Below, one piece after another: positions 1 through 9,097 of a stretch of 27,471 bases of DNA; position 1 is the stretch's first letter, and every line of letters begins with the position of its first letter. The DNA is from a virus (Duplodnaviria > Caudoviricetes). The DNA lies in IMG/VR virus record IMGVR_UViG_3300049782_000062, positions 1 to 27,471 of that record; one strand, written 5' to 3'. The notes beneath the pieces are model-generated. The model worked only from the letters and a program-made list of their open reading frames with translations. It made no database searches and was not told the origin of the DNA. Position numbers and translations under genes: made by a program.

Positions 1-86
1 CCCCGGACGACCCCGCCACGCACGACCCCGGCGACACCACCCCCACGCTCGGTGTCTTCTTCCTGCGCGAGAGGCCGCGCCGATGA
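1..86 (+). CDS. 3' end of upstream virion gene (partial)
   Basis: Frame 3 reads PDDPATHDPGDTTPTLGVFFLRERPRR* with TGA 84-86 overlapping next ATG (ATGA). Confidence 0.6.
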   Translation, partial: PDDPATHDPGDTTPTLGVFFLRERPRR

Positions 87-925
87 CCACCCCCGTTCGG
101 CGCCGCGGCCGTACCCTCCGCCAGCGCCTCCTCGGCTTCATCACCGACGCCGTCGACCGGCTCCGCGCCGCCTGGTCCATCCTCACCACCGCCCAGACCC
201 GGCTCCTCAACGCGCTCGCCGCGATCCGGCCCGGCCGCTCCGCCCGCACCGGCGCCGCCCTGCGCGCCGCCATCGCAGTCTTCAACCAGTCCCTGGCAGC
301 CTTTGCCCGCGCGGCCGGCGCCTTCGCTGAACGCTGGGCCAGCGCGGACCTGCCCCTCATCTACCGAGAGGGCGCCTGGACGATGCTCGACAACGCCGAC
401 CGTCGCACCAGCCTCTTCCAGTGGACCGACCGGCACCGGGCCGCCGTCACCGCAGCATCCGCCCAGTACTACGCCGACCTCACCACCCGCATCAACGAGG
501 CCCTGCGCCGCGCCCGCGCCTTCCTCCGCGCCGCCCAGGACGCCGCCCGCGGCACCGCCGACCGCTTCGACGCCACCGCTCTACGCCGCGATCACCCGCT
601 GGGCACGGTGATCTACGCCAACAACTCGAGGCACCCGGTGGATGCGTGGGCACGTGCCGCGATCACCTGGCAGGCCGTCACCACCGCCAACACCGCCGCC
701 GCCCGCACCGCACTCGATGAGCTGGGTGTCGACTTTGTCGAGGTCCGCGATGGGCACGGCTGCGGATGGCGTGACCACGACGACGAGGACAAGGCGGACC
801 GTACCCTGCGCACCGTTCAGGACGCCCTCGCCCACCCCACGGCTCATCCGCACTGCGTTCGGGAGTTCCTGCCCCGCCTGGACCTGATCGGCCGCGCCAC
901 CATCCGCACTGGAGCGCCCCTGTGA
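83..925 (+). CDS. Phage minor head/head morphogenesis protein (Mu gpF / SPP1 gp7-like)
   Basis: 280 aa, helical N-part, C-terminal D-x-x-x-C ... HPHCVR motif resembling the MuF HPNCRC signature; phage structural context. Confidence 0.65.
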   Translation: MTTPVRRRGRTLRQRLLGFITDAVDRLRAAWSILTTAQTRLLNALAAIRPGRSARTGAALRAAIAVFNQSLAAFARAAGAFAERWASADLPLIYREGAWTMLDNADRRTSLFQWTDRHRAAVTAASAQYYADLTTRINEALRRARAFLRAAQDAARGTADRFDATALRRDHPLGTVIYANNSRHPVDAWARAAITWQAVTTANTAAARTALDELGVDFVEVRDGHGCGWRDHDDEDKADRTLRTVQDALAHPTAHPHCVREFLPRLDLIGRATIRTGAPL

Positions 926-1431
926 GCAAACAGACCACCCGCGTCGAGCCCACCATCGGACAGCAGCTGGACAACCTCGGCCTGGCCGACGCCCTGCCGC
1001 AAGGACATCGAGTCGTTGAGGCCACGGTCAGCCTCGTAACAGCCGAGCACGAGGACGGCGGGGACGTAGTCCATCGGCCGATTCATCTGCCCTGCAGCGC
1101 GCCCGGCGCCATCCCCGTCCCGCACCCACACGTGCGATGCGTCCGCCTGATCTGCGATGCCGACCAAGCCCTCGCACCTGCGCAGAGAGACCGCGTGGCC
1201 TCCTGGCTGGACGCCAACGGAATCCAACCGTCACGGGTGGCCGCAGGACACCCCGTCACCGTGGAGTACAAGACCGACGGGCAGAAGGAATGGGGCCACC
1301 TGATCTGCTTCGCTGAGTACTACGAGGACGCCAGCGGCAGCAGGACGTTCGACTACAAGACCCAAGCCGCCACCGTGGTGCAACGATGCGTTCGACAGTC
1401 CGTCGCGCTGGGACCGGAGAACAGCGCATGA
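922..1431 (+). CDS. Hypothetical phage protein
   Basis: 169 aa ORF, GTGA overlap with upstream stop, GGAG RBS upstream. Confidence 0.7.
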   Translation: MSKQTTRVEPTIGQQLDNLGLADALPQGHRVVEATVSLVTAEHEDGGDVVHRPIHLPCSAPGAIPVPHPHVRCVRLICDADQALAPAQRDRVASWLDANGIQPSRVAAGHPVTVEYKTDGQKEWGHLICFAEYYEDASGSRTFDYKTQAATVVQRCVRQSVALGPENSA

Positions 1432-1814
1432 CCGAGGCCCCCACCGAGCCGCAGACCCATGGTGTCCGTATCGACGCCCAGCCCGGCCACGCCACGATCA
1501 GTCTCGACGGCACGCCGATCCCTCCCGGCCAGGTCACCGGCTACACCCTCCACCACGACGTCCACAACGCGCTGCCCACCCTCGTCCTCCACACCCGGCA
1601 ACCGTCAGGCGCCCTCTGGGAGGGACTAGCGCGGGTCGCCGTTGCAGACCCGCAGCAGGACCACACAGCCACCATCATCGAGTTCCTGGACGCCATCGAC
1701 CCGGCGGCGCTCGAAAACGCGGCCCTCAACCGGGACGACCTCGGCAACAGCAAGTACGACCTGACGCGGGCGATGCTGCGGCAGCTCGCCGACTGGGCGC
1801 GAGGAGACGTCTGA
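1428..1814 (+). CDS. Hypothetical phage protein
   Basis: Start MTEAPTEP at ATGA overlap (1428), GGAG RBS upstream; 128 aa. Confidence 0.75.
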   Translation: MTEAPTEPQTHGVRIDAQPGHATISLDGTPIPPGQVTGYTLHHDVHNALPTLVLHTRQPSGALWEGLARVAVADPQQDHTATIIEFLDAIDPAALENAALNRDDLGNSKYDLTRAMLRQLADWARGDV

Positions 1815-2272
1815 TGGCCGGCCTCGATGACGCCCTGGCCGGAGTCGTCCAGTGGATCCAGACGAACCTGATGGTGGACACGGTGCGAGTCGAGCGGCCG
1901 TCGGCCGCCGCCCCCGTCCTGGACCCGGCCACAGGCCGGCTCACCTACCCGAAACCGGAGATCCTGTACGAGGGACCCGGTGCTGTCCTCTCCACGGGCG
2001 CCCCGGGCGGCATCAACGCGCTTCCGTCAGCCACGCTGCCATGGACGGAGGAGACCACCTCCCCGGCCCGCCTCCTCACGCCCCTGGCCGCGCCGATCCC
2101 CGCCCGCGACGACCTGGTCACGGTGGTCGCCGTCCACAACCCCGCCAACACAGCCCTGATCGGTCGGTCCTGGTTCGTGCAGGATCCGGGTCGCGCTTCC
2201 ACCGTCGAGGTCGTCCGCACCACGCCCCTGGACATGAAGCAGGCAGGGCGCCGGGAAGCAGGTGCGGGATGA
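1814..2272 (+). CDS. Head-tail joining/stopper protein (DUF6093-like)
   Basis: 152 aa, LMVDTVRVERP...LDPATG...ILYEGPG pattern typical of actinophage head-closure proteins; TGATG overlap; position. Confidence 0.7.
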   Translation: MAGLDDALAGVVQWIQTNLMVDTVRVERPSAAAPVLDPATGRLTYPKPEILYEGPGAVLSTGAPGGINALPSATLPWTEETTSPARLLTPLAAPIPARDDLVTVVAVHNPANTALIGRSWFVQDPGRASTVEVVRTTPLDMKQAGRREAGAG

Positions 2273-2658
2273 ACCTGGACGAGATGGCCGACCGCCTCGA
2301 GAGGGCAGCCGACCGGCTTGGGGAGGTCACCGAGCAGCGCATGCGGCACGTCGGCCGACTGGGGGTCGCCCGGATCCGGCAGAACGCGTCCGGCCGGCCC
2401 GGCCCCAACGTCATCACCGGCCAATACCGGGCATCGTGGCGCGCGGAGACCAGGGGCATCCCGCACGGCGCCGAGTGCACCATCGGCACCACCAAACCAC
2501 AGGGGCGACGCCTGGAATTCGGCTTCTACGACATGACCGACTCGATCGGCCGCCACTACTTCCAGCCACCGTTCCCGCACGTCCAACCCGCCCTCGGCTT
2601 CATCGAGGACACCCTGCACGAGCAGATGCGCGGCGTCGTCGAGGAGCTGCTGTCATGA
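2269..2658 (+). CDS. HK97 gp10-like neck/tail-completion protein
   Basis: MNLDEMADRL start at ATGA overlap; GRPGPNVITGQYRASW and RLEFG...PPFPHVQPA motifs; position. Confidence 0.75.
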   Translation: MNLDEMADRLERAADRLGEVTEQRMRHVGRLGVARIRQNASGRPGPNVITGQYRASWRAETRGIPHGAECTIGTTKPQGRRLEFGFYDMTDSIGRHYFQPPFPHVQPALGFIEDTLHEQMRGVVEELLS

Positions 2659-3116
2659 TCCCAAAACGGCTGGTCACCGCCTGGGTGGTGGACACACTGG
2701 AGGCGGCGTCGGGGATGCCCGTGGGCCGCGGTCACAAGCCGGGCGACAGAAACCCGCCCTTCTACCTGCTGTACTCCGTGGACACCAACGTCGACGGCGC
2801 CCCGTACACGGACCTCAACGAGGACGCATCGCTCGTCTACCAGATCACTTCCGTGTCCGGACCCGACCCTGAGATCCCGGAGTCGACCGCCGATTTGACT
2901 CAGTTGGAGTGGATGGCCGACAAAGCCCGGTCGACGTTCCTCGGCCGCGACCCGATCACCGGTCTGTGGCTGCACCCTCTTACCGTCCCCGGCGTGTCAT
3001 GCATGGCCCGCCGTCTGGACGTTGAGTGGGGCGGGCAGCCAGGGGGAACGTCCGAGCAGGAAGCTGCAATCATGACCTACGTGCAAAGGTTCAGGTTCGA
3101 CCTGACCCCCGCCTGA
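2655..3116 (+). CDS. Tail terminator-like protein
   Basis: MIPKRLVT start at ATGA overlap, GAGGAG RBS; immediately upstream of major tail gene. Confidence 0.65.
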   Translation: MIPKRLVTAWVVDTLEAASGMPVGRGHKPGDRNPPFYLLYSVDTNVDGAPYTDLNEDASLVYQITSVSGPDPEIPESTADLTQLEWMADKARSTFLGRDPITGLWLHPLTVPGVSCMARRLDVEWGGQPGGTSEQEAAIMTYVQRFRFDLTPA

Positions 3117-3241
3117 CCTTCCGGTCGGGCAGAAACCGCACCGCGGCGGGACCCCACGCGGACGCCACCACGCAGGTGGCCGCCACACCGACACGTGTAG
3201 CAGGGGCCCCAACGCTCGGCCCCTAACCGCAAGGGGCCACC

Positions 3242-3715
3242 ATGGCGAGGTTCAACCGCAAGGGCACCACCCGCATCTACTTCCTGCCGACGATCGCCTC
3301 CAACACGCTCGTCCCGACCGGCGCGGAGATCACCGCCGGCACCGACTACACCGGCCAGATCAACGCCGTCGAAGGCTTCTCGATCGAGAACACCCCGATC
3401 GACACCCCCGACATGGCGTCCACCTTCGTGTCCAAGATCGGCGGCGACGACACGGCACCCGACTCCTCCCTCACCTTCTACGAGGACAGCACGGCCGACG
3501 ACATCGAGAGCGACCTGGCCAAGGGCACCAGCGGCTACGTCGTCATCTTCAGCAAGGGCCTCACCGCCGGCGCGAAGGGCATGGACGTCTTCCCCGCCGT
3601 CGTCACCTCCATCAGCAAGCCCTACACCACGGACAACGAGGCCGCGCGGATCACCGTCCAGTTCGCGATCACCGCGCGCCCGCTGCAGAACGGCACCGTC
3701 CCGACCCTGACCTGA
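3242..3715 (+). CDS. Major tail (tube) protein
   Basis: 157 aa, Thr/Ser-rich beta-type sequence (IDTPDMASTFVSKIGG, LTFYED), between terminator and chaperone genes. Confidence 0.85.
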   Translation: MARFNRKGTTRIYFLPTIASNTLVPTGAEITAGTDYTGQINAVEGFSIENTPIDTPDMASTFVSKIGGDDTAPDSSLTFYEDSTADDIESDLAKGTSGYVVIFSKGLTAGAKGMDVFPAVVTSISKPYTTDNEAARITVQFAITARPLQNGTVPTLT

Positions 3716-3817
3716 CCCCCGGCCGCCGCACACCCCACCAGCCCCCGGCCGGGCCCGTGACGTACACGGGAAGGGCGCCACGTGCGCCCGGCCGGGCCTT
3801 CCCCTCCGGAGAACCGC

Positions 3818-4339
3818 ATGCCGAACAACTGGGACGCCCTCAAGAAGCGCCTGGACAAGGTCAAGAAGCCCGTCGCCGCGTTCCACCTGTGCGAAGACCC
3901 CGACATCCGCGACCGCTACCTGGCCGCGAAGCGGGCCGCGGAACGGACCGCCGCCAACCTCAAGGCCCTGCCCGCCGACACAGCCGCCGACGCCCGAGCC
4001 CTGGCCGAGAGGCGAGCTGGGGAGGCGGCCTCCGACTTCGCGGCCGCCGAACAGGCGTACAAGAACGCCACCATCACCCTACGGTTCACCGCCCTGGAAC
4101 GCACCGAACTGGAAGCCCTCCAGAACGCCCACCCGGCCAGCGAGCAAGACGAAGCCGACGGCAACGCATTCGCCGACTCCTTCGCCCCGGCACTGATCTC
4201 CGCCGCCTCCCTGGACGGCATGCCCGTCGAGGACGCCGCCCACTTCCTCAGCACCTGGACCGCGGCCGACGCCAAGGCCCTGTTCGATGCCGCCTGGTCC
4301 GTGCAGCACATCCAGCGGACCGACCTGGGAAAAGGCTGA
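3818..4339 (+). CDS. Tail assembly chaperone (gpG-like)
   Basis: MPNNWDAL start with GGAG RBS; ends DLGKG over slippery GGGAAAA; between major tail and tape measure. Confidence 0.85.
   Translation: MPNNWDALKKRLDKVKKPVAAFHLCEDPDIRDRYLAAKRAAERTAANLKALPADTAADARALAERRAGEAASDFAAAEQAYKNATITLRFTALERTELEALQNAHPASEQDEADGNAFADSFAPALISAASLDGMPVEDAAHFLSTWTAADAKALFDAAWSVQHIQRTDLGKG
4327..4333 (+). other. Programmed -1 ribosomal frameshift site G GGA AAA
   Basis: X XXY YYZ heptamer at the end of chaperone ORF; -1 frame stays open to 4701. Confidence 0.85.
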
Positions 4340-4701
4340 TCGACGATGACCGGTTCCGCGCCGAGATGGAGCTGTGCCGCCAGTACCGCATCCCCCACAG
4401 CCTCTTCCGCGGCCACGGAACCGGCAGCTGGACCGACCTCGACCGCCGCAAAGCCCTCGCCTACGAGACCTACCTCAAATCGGTCTGCCCCACCTGCGGC
4501 ACCCGCCCCGACGAATGGGACGAGAACGCGGGCGGAGACGAGGACGCTTACCGGGCCATCACCCACCGCTGCATCGGCTGCCAGATCATCGCCGACCGGC
4601 AGAAATCCGTTCCGGACGGCGACGAAGGCCACGGCGTGAAGGTTCTACTGATCCCGTCCAGCGTCCACGCAGCCATGGAACTCGCCCGCCACCAGCACTA
4701 G
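4327..4701 (+). CDS. Tail assembly chaperone frameshift extension (gpGT C-terminal part)
   Basis: -1 frame reads KRLIDDDRFRAEMELC...HQH*, contains CPTC and CIGC; ends 19 nt before tape measure start. Confidence 0.8.
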   Translation, partial: GKRLIDDDRFRAEMELCRQYRIPHSLFRGHGTGSWTDLDRRKALAYETYLKSVCPTCGTRPDEWDENAGGDEDAYRAITHRCIGCQIIADRQKSVPDGDEGHGVKVLLIPSSVHAAMELARHQH

Positions 4702-4720
4702 CTCCGAAGGGAGGCACCGG

Positions 4721-7700
4721 ATGGCATCGCAGTGGAACCTGTCCGTACGGCTCACCGGCCAAGGACAAAACCTTTCCCGCACCCTGCGCGAAACCAGCCG
4801 TGACGCCCGCCGAGCCTCCCGCGACATCGACACCCTGCGCCAGGACATCAACCGTCTGCGTGCCGCAGTCGGCAGAGACATCCGTATCGGTGTCCGCCTC
4901 GATGCCACCAACCTGCGCCGCGACGTCCAGGCCGCCATCAACGGAGCCGGACCCCGGCAGGGCATCCGCGTGCGCATCGGTGTGGACGCCACCAACCTGC
5001 GCAGAGACGTGCGTGTCGCACTCACCGGAGCCGGCCCCCAGCAGGGCATCCGGGTCCGTTTCGATGTTGACGCCGCTCACCTCCGCGACGACATCCAGGC
5101 CGCGATCACCGCCGCAGGCAGAGGACAAGGCCTCGGCATCCAGCTGAACCTGACCGACACCATGCAGCTGCGCCGCGACGTCGCAGACGCTGTGCGCTGG
5201 GCCGCCTGGGGTCACCGCATCGACATCCCCATCGGCCTGCGCAACCCCGACCAACTGCGTCGCGACGTCGACGAAGCCGTCCGGCAGGCCCAGCTCAACC
5301 AGGTCATCCGCGTCCGGGTCGACACCGACACCGCGGCGCTGCGCAACCTCGGCCGCACCCTGAACACCGGCGGAGGAGGTTCAGGCGGCTCCAGGGGGCT
5401 CCAGAACGCGCTCAAGGCGCTGCTGTTCCTGCTGCCCGCAGTCATCCCGCTCGCCGGCGGGCTCGGAGCGAACATCGCCCCGCTGGCCGGGCAGTTCGCC
5501 GCCAGCGGAGCCGCAGCCACCGTCTTTGGTGCCGCCATCGCCGGCCAGGTCACCAACCTCACCGAGGCGGTCGAGGCGCAGAAAAAGTATGAGGATGCTG
5601 TCGCTCAGCACGGCGAGGCGTCTGAGGAGGCAGCGACGGCCTCCGACGAATACCAAGTGGCCCTCAGCAAGCTCCCGGCGGCTACCCGCGAGACCGCGGC
5701 CGCCCTCGCCGACCTGAAGGACGACTACCAGGACTGGTCCGACGCGCTCGCCAGTGACACCATGCCGGTCGCCACGAAGAGCCTCCAGCTCCTCGACGCG
5801 CTGCTGCCCCACCTCACCCCCTTCGTGGAGGGCGCCGCCAACGCGTTCGAACGGCTCGTCACCTACGCCGGCGGCCGCATGAACACCGGCCAGTTCGAGA
5901 ACCTCATGGAGACGTTCTCCGAGAACTCCACCGACAGCCTGAACGAACTCGTCACCGACATCATCCGCTTCGCCGAATCCGTGGACGAGTTCACCGGCGG
6001 TGAGGACGTTCAGGCCTTCCTCGCCTTCTGCCGGGAGAACGGTCCGCTCGCCGCGGAGACCCTGGGGAACATCGGAAGCGCCCTCGTCCATCTGCTGGCG
6101 GGGGCGTCCGGGAGCGGGGAGATCCTCCTCACCGTTGCTAACGCCCTCGCCAAGGTCGTCAGCGCGGTGCCCGCCGAGGCGATCTCCGTCTTCCTCCAGT
6201 TCTACACGGCCATGCGTCTGGCCAGCATGGCCGCGGCCGGCCTGACAGCCGTCACCGGATCCGCAGCCGCCACCAGCCTCGCCACATTCGTGCGCTCCGC
6301 ACGGTTCGGCGGTGTCGGCAACGCTGTCGCGGGCGTCACCCAGCAGATGAGCGGACTCCAGAAAGTCGCGGGCGGGCTCGGCATCCTCGGCGCGGTCGCT
6401 ATCGCCATCGACGAGATCGCCGAGCGCGCAAAGGGCGCCCCACCGGACGTCGACAAGCTCACCACGTCCTTGAAGGAACTGGCGGCCACTGGCGAGTTCT
6501 CAGGCGAGCTGGAGAGCACGTTCGGTGACATCGACGGGTTCGTCTCCAAGATGAACAGGCTCGAGGGCACCGAGAAAGTCCTGGACAAGGTCCTGAACCC
6601 TCGCGGCAAGGCGGCGCTGGAGCCCATCCTGGACGGGGTCATCTCGAAGATTGATCCCCTCGTCAACGGCAGTGACGGGCTCGAAGCCATGAAGGACGAC
6701 TTCGAGTCGCTGGACAAGGCATTCGCACAGCTTGCCACCAGCGGTCACGGCGACCTGGCCGCCGAGCAGTTCGCGAAGTTCGAGCAGGCCGCTCTCGACG
6801 CTGGGCACTCCCAGTCCGAAATCAACAAGCTTTTCCCTGAGTACCAGAAGGCCGTCGCCGCCATCGACGCGGAGCAGAAGGTAGCCGCGCGCTCGATGGG
6901 CCTGTTCGGTGAGGCCGCTCTCGAGACCCAGGCCAAGCTCGACGCGCAGAAGAAGAGCACGGACGGCCTGCGCGCCAGCATCCAGGCATTGAACGAGGTC
7001 AACCGGGCGGCCGGCAGCGCGATGAACGCCATGGAGCAGGCCATCGACGATGCCGCCGACGCCGCCAAGGAAAGCGCCGGCGCGCTCACGATGAGTAATG
7101 GCCAGCTGGACCTGAACAGCCAGAAGGCCCGGGACGCGGAGAGCTCACTGAGCGACCTGGCCGCAAGCACGGACGAAGCCGTCACCGCAGCCCGGGAACA
7201 GGGCAAGTCCTGGGAACACGTCACCGGCATCTACGAGCGGGGCCGCAAAGCGTTCGTAGACACTGCCATGCAGATGGGCCTGACGAAGACGCAGGCTGAA
7301 TCGCTGGCCGACGCGTACCTGAGCATCCCGGACAAGGCGTCCACCAAGGTGGAGATGCAGACCGCTGACGCCATCGCTGGTCTGGAAGCGGTCATCGCCG
7401 CCATCAAGAAGACCCCGGACAAGAAGAGCGTCAAAGTCGACGCTCTCTCGAAGAGCGCGATCGACGAACTGGAAGCTTTGGGATTCAAGGTCAAGCGCTT
7501 GCCCGACGGCCGGTTCGAGGTCATCGCCAACACCGCGACGGCACAGGGCCGACTAGGAGACGTGCAGGCCGCCCGGGACCGACTCAAGGGCAAGGAAATC
7601 TCTATCGACGCCGATCCCAGCGGATTCTGGGCGAGCGTGACAGGTCTGGTCGGCAGAGTCCTCGGCACCTCATACATCAACGTGGCCTACCGGAAGACGG

Positions 7701-9097
7701 ACTCCAGCCTCCAGCCCAAGTTCCAGGCGGACGGTGGGCTCCTGGACTTCTACGCCCAGGGCGGCATCCGCAGCGCTGACGTCCGGTCGTTCGCCAACGG
7801 TGCCGAGAGGCACGTGGCGCAGATCGCTCCGGCCGGCTCCTGGCGTGTGTGGGCCGAGCCGGAGACCGGCGGCGAGGCCTACGTGCCTCTCGCTCCGTCG
7901 AAGCGTGGCAGGTCCCGGCAGATTGTGGAAGAGACGGTGCGTCGCCTCGGCGGCGACCCCGCCATGATCCAGTGGAACGCCGACGGGTCGGTGACGGACT
8001 GGCGCTACGACCCGCAGACCGGCTCCCTGTATTCACCCAGCGACGCCGGCCAGGCCGGTAAGAAGACCAAGAAGGTCAAGGGCAAGGACGTCGACTACTT
8101 CGACCTGGGTGCGGTCGAGAAGAAGCTGAAGTCGGCGGCGAAGGCGACGCAGGCGTGGAACAAGGATCTGGAGAAGGTCGCGGAACGGGTCGGTGGCGAC
8201 GTCGCCGAAGCCCTCGCCTCCATGGGGGAGGAGGGCATGAAGCTGGCCGACAAGATGGCCAACGGCTCCACGAAGTACATCAACGAGATGGCCGACGCCC
8301 TCCGCAAGCTCCAGGAAACCGCCAAGGCCACGCTCACCGACTACACGCGGCAGCTCACCGGCGCCAACAAGATCAACCAGAAGTTCGCCAACGATCTCGC
8401 CAAGCTCTCGGCCATGGGCTACGACGACCTCGCCGCCCAGCTCGCCGCCCAGAACGACGAGGCAGCCCAGCAGCTTGCCGCGGCCGCCATCAAGGACCCG
8501 TCGAAGGCCGCGAAGGCCGACGCGGCGGCAAAGACCGCGAACAACGCCCTGACCGCCGACCAGGTGCAAGCCCTGGTGCAGATCATCGCCGCGATCACCA
8601 ACAACAAGACCGGCATCCACGACGTGGCCGCCAAGACCGGCCTCGGCGAGGACGAGATCATCACGGTGGCCAACAAGGCCCACGGGCAGATCCGCGGCTC
8701 CCTCGGCAGCAAGGCCACGAAGTTCCTCTCCGACCTGCGTAACGCCAATGCGGGCAAGGCCTACGCCAACGGCGGGATCCGCGCCGGGATCTACGCCAGC
8801 CAGGCCGGGATCATCCGGTTCGCGGAGCCGGAGACCGGCGGGGAGGCCTACCTGCCGCTGTCGCCGTCCAAGCGGCGCACCGCGATGCCGGTCCTCGCCG
8901 ACGTCGCCCGACGGTTCGGTGTCGGCCTGACCGACGCCCAGGCCTCCCGGCCGGTCGTCATCGTGCAGGGCGGCGGCGACACCCATGTCAACGTCACCGC
9001 GGTCCGCTCCGGTGCCACCGCGTCCGACATCGCAGCCCAGGTCGGCCGCAGCGTGCGCCGTGCCCGCAGAGGAGGGGTGGCCGCCCGTGCCGCTTGA
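4721..9097 (+). CDS. Tape measure protein
   Basis: 1458 aa Ala-rich helical protein with hydrophobic segments, GGGAGG RBS, directly after chaperones; two AEPETGGEAY motifs. Confidence 0.93.
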   Translation: MASQWNLSVRLTGQGQNLSRTLRETSRDARRASRDIDTLRQDINRLRAAVGRDIRIGVRLDATNLRRDVQAAINGAGPRQGIRVRIGVDATNLRRDVRVALTGAGPQQGIRVRFDVDAAHLRDDIQAAITAAGRGQGLGIQLNLTDTMQLRRDVADAVRWAAWGHRIDIPIGLRNPDQLRRDVDEAVRQAQLNQVIRVRVDTDTAALRNLGRTLNTGGGGSGGSRGLQNALKALLFLLPAVIPLAGGLGANIAPLAGQFAASGAAATVFGAAIAGQVTNLTEAVEAQKKYEDAVAQHGEASEEAATASDEYQVALSKLPAATRETAAALADLKDDYQDWSDALASDTMPVATKSLQLLDALLPHLTPFVEGAANAFERLVTYAGGRMNTGQFENLMETFSENSTDSLNELVTDIIRFAESVDEFTGGEDVQAFLAFCRENGPLAAETLGNIGSALVHLLAGASGSGEILLTVANALAKVVSAVPAEAISVFLQFYTAMRLASMAAAGLTAVTGSAAATSLATFVRSARFGGVGNAVAGVTQQMSGLQKVAGGLGILGAVAIAIDEIAERAKGAPPDVDKLTTSLKELAATGEFSGELESTFGDIDGFVSKMNRLEGTEKVLDKVLNPRGKAALEPILDGVISKIDPLVNGSDGLEAMKDDFESLDKAFAQLATSGHGDLAAEQFAKFEQAALDAGHSQSEINKLFPEYQKAVAAIDAEQKVAARSMGLFGEAALETQAKLDAQKKSTDGLRASIQALNEVNRAAGSAMNAMEQAIDDAADAAKESAGALTMSNGQLDLNSQKARDAESSLSDLAASTDEAVTAAREQGKSWEHVTGIYERGRKAFVDTAMQMGLTKTQAESLADAYLSIPDKASTKVEMQTADAIAGLEAVIAAIKKTPDKKSVKVDALSKSAIDELEALGFKVKRLPDGRFEVIANTATAQGRLGDVQAARDRLKGKEISIDADPSGFWASVTGLVGRVLGTSYINVAYRKTDSSLQPKFQADGGLLDFYAQGGIRSADVRSFANGAERHVAQIAPAGSWRVWAEPETGGEAYVPLAPSKRGRSRQIVEETVRRLGGDPAMIQWNADGSVTDWRYDPQTGSLYSPSDAGQAGKKTKKVKGKDVDYFDLGAVEKKLKSAAKATQAWNKDLEKVAERVGGDVAEALASMGEEGMKLADKMANGSTKYINEMADALRKLQETAKATLTDYTRQLTGANKINQKFANDLAKLSAMGYDDLAAQLAAQNDEAAQQLAAAAIKDPSKAAKADAAAKTANNALTADQVQALVQIIAAITNNKTGIHDVAAKTGLGEDEIITVANKAHGQIRGSLGSKATKFLSDLRNANAGKAYANGGIRAGIYASQAGIIRFAEPETGGEAYLPLSPSKRRTAMPVLADVARRFGVGLTDAQASRPVVIVQGGGDTHVNVTAVRSGATASDIAAQVGRSVRRARRGGVAARAA

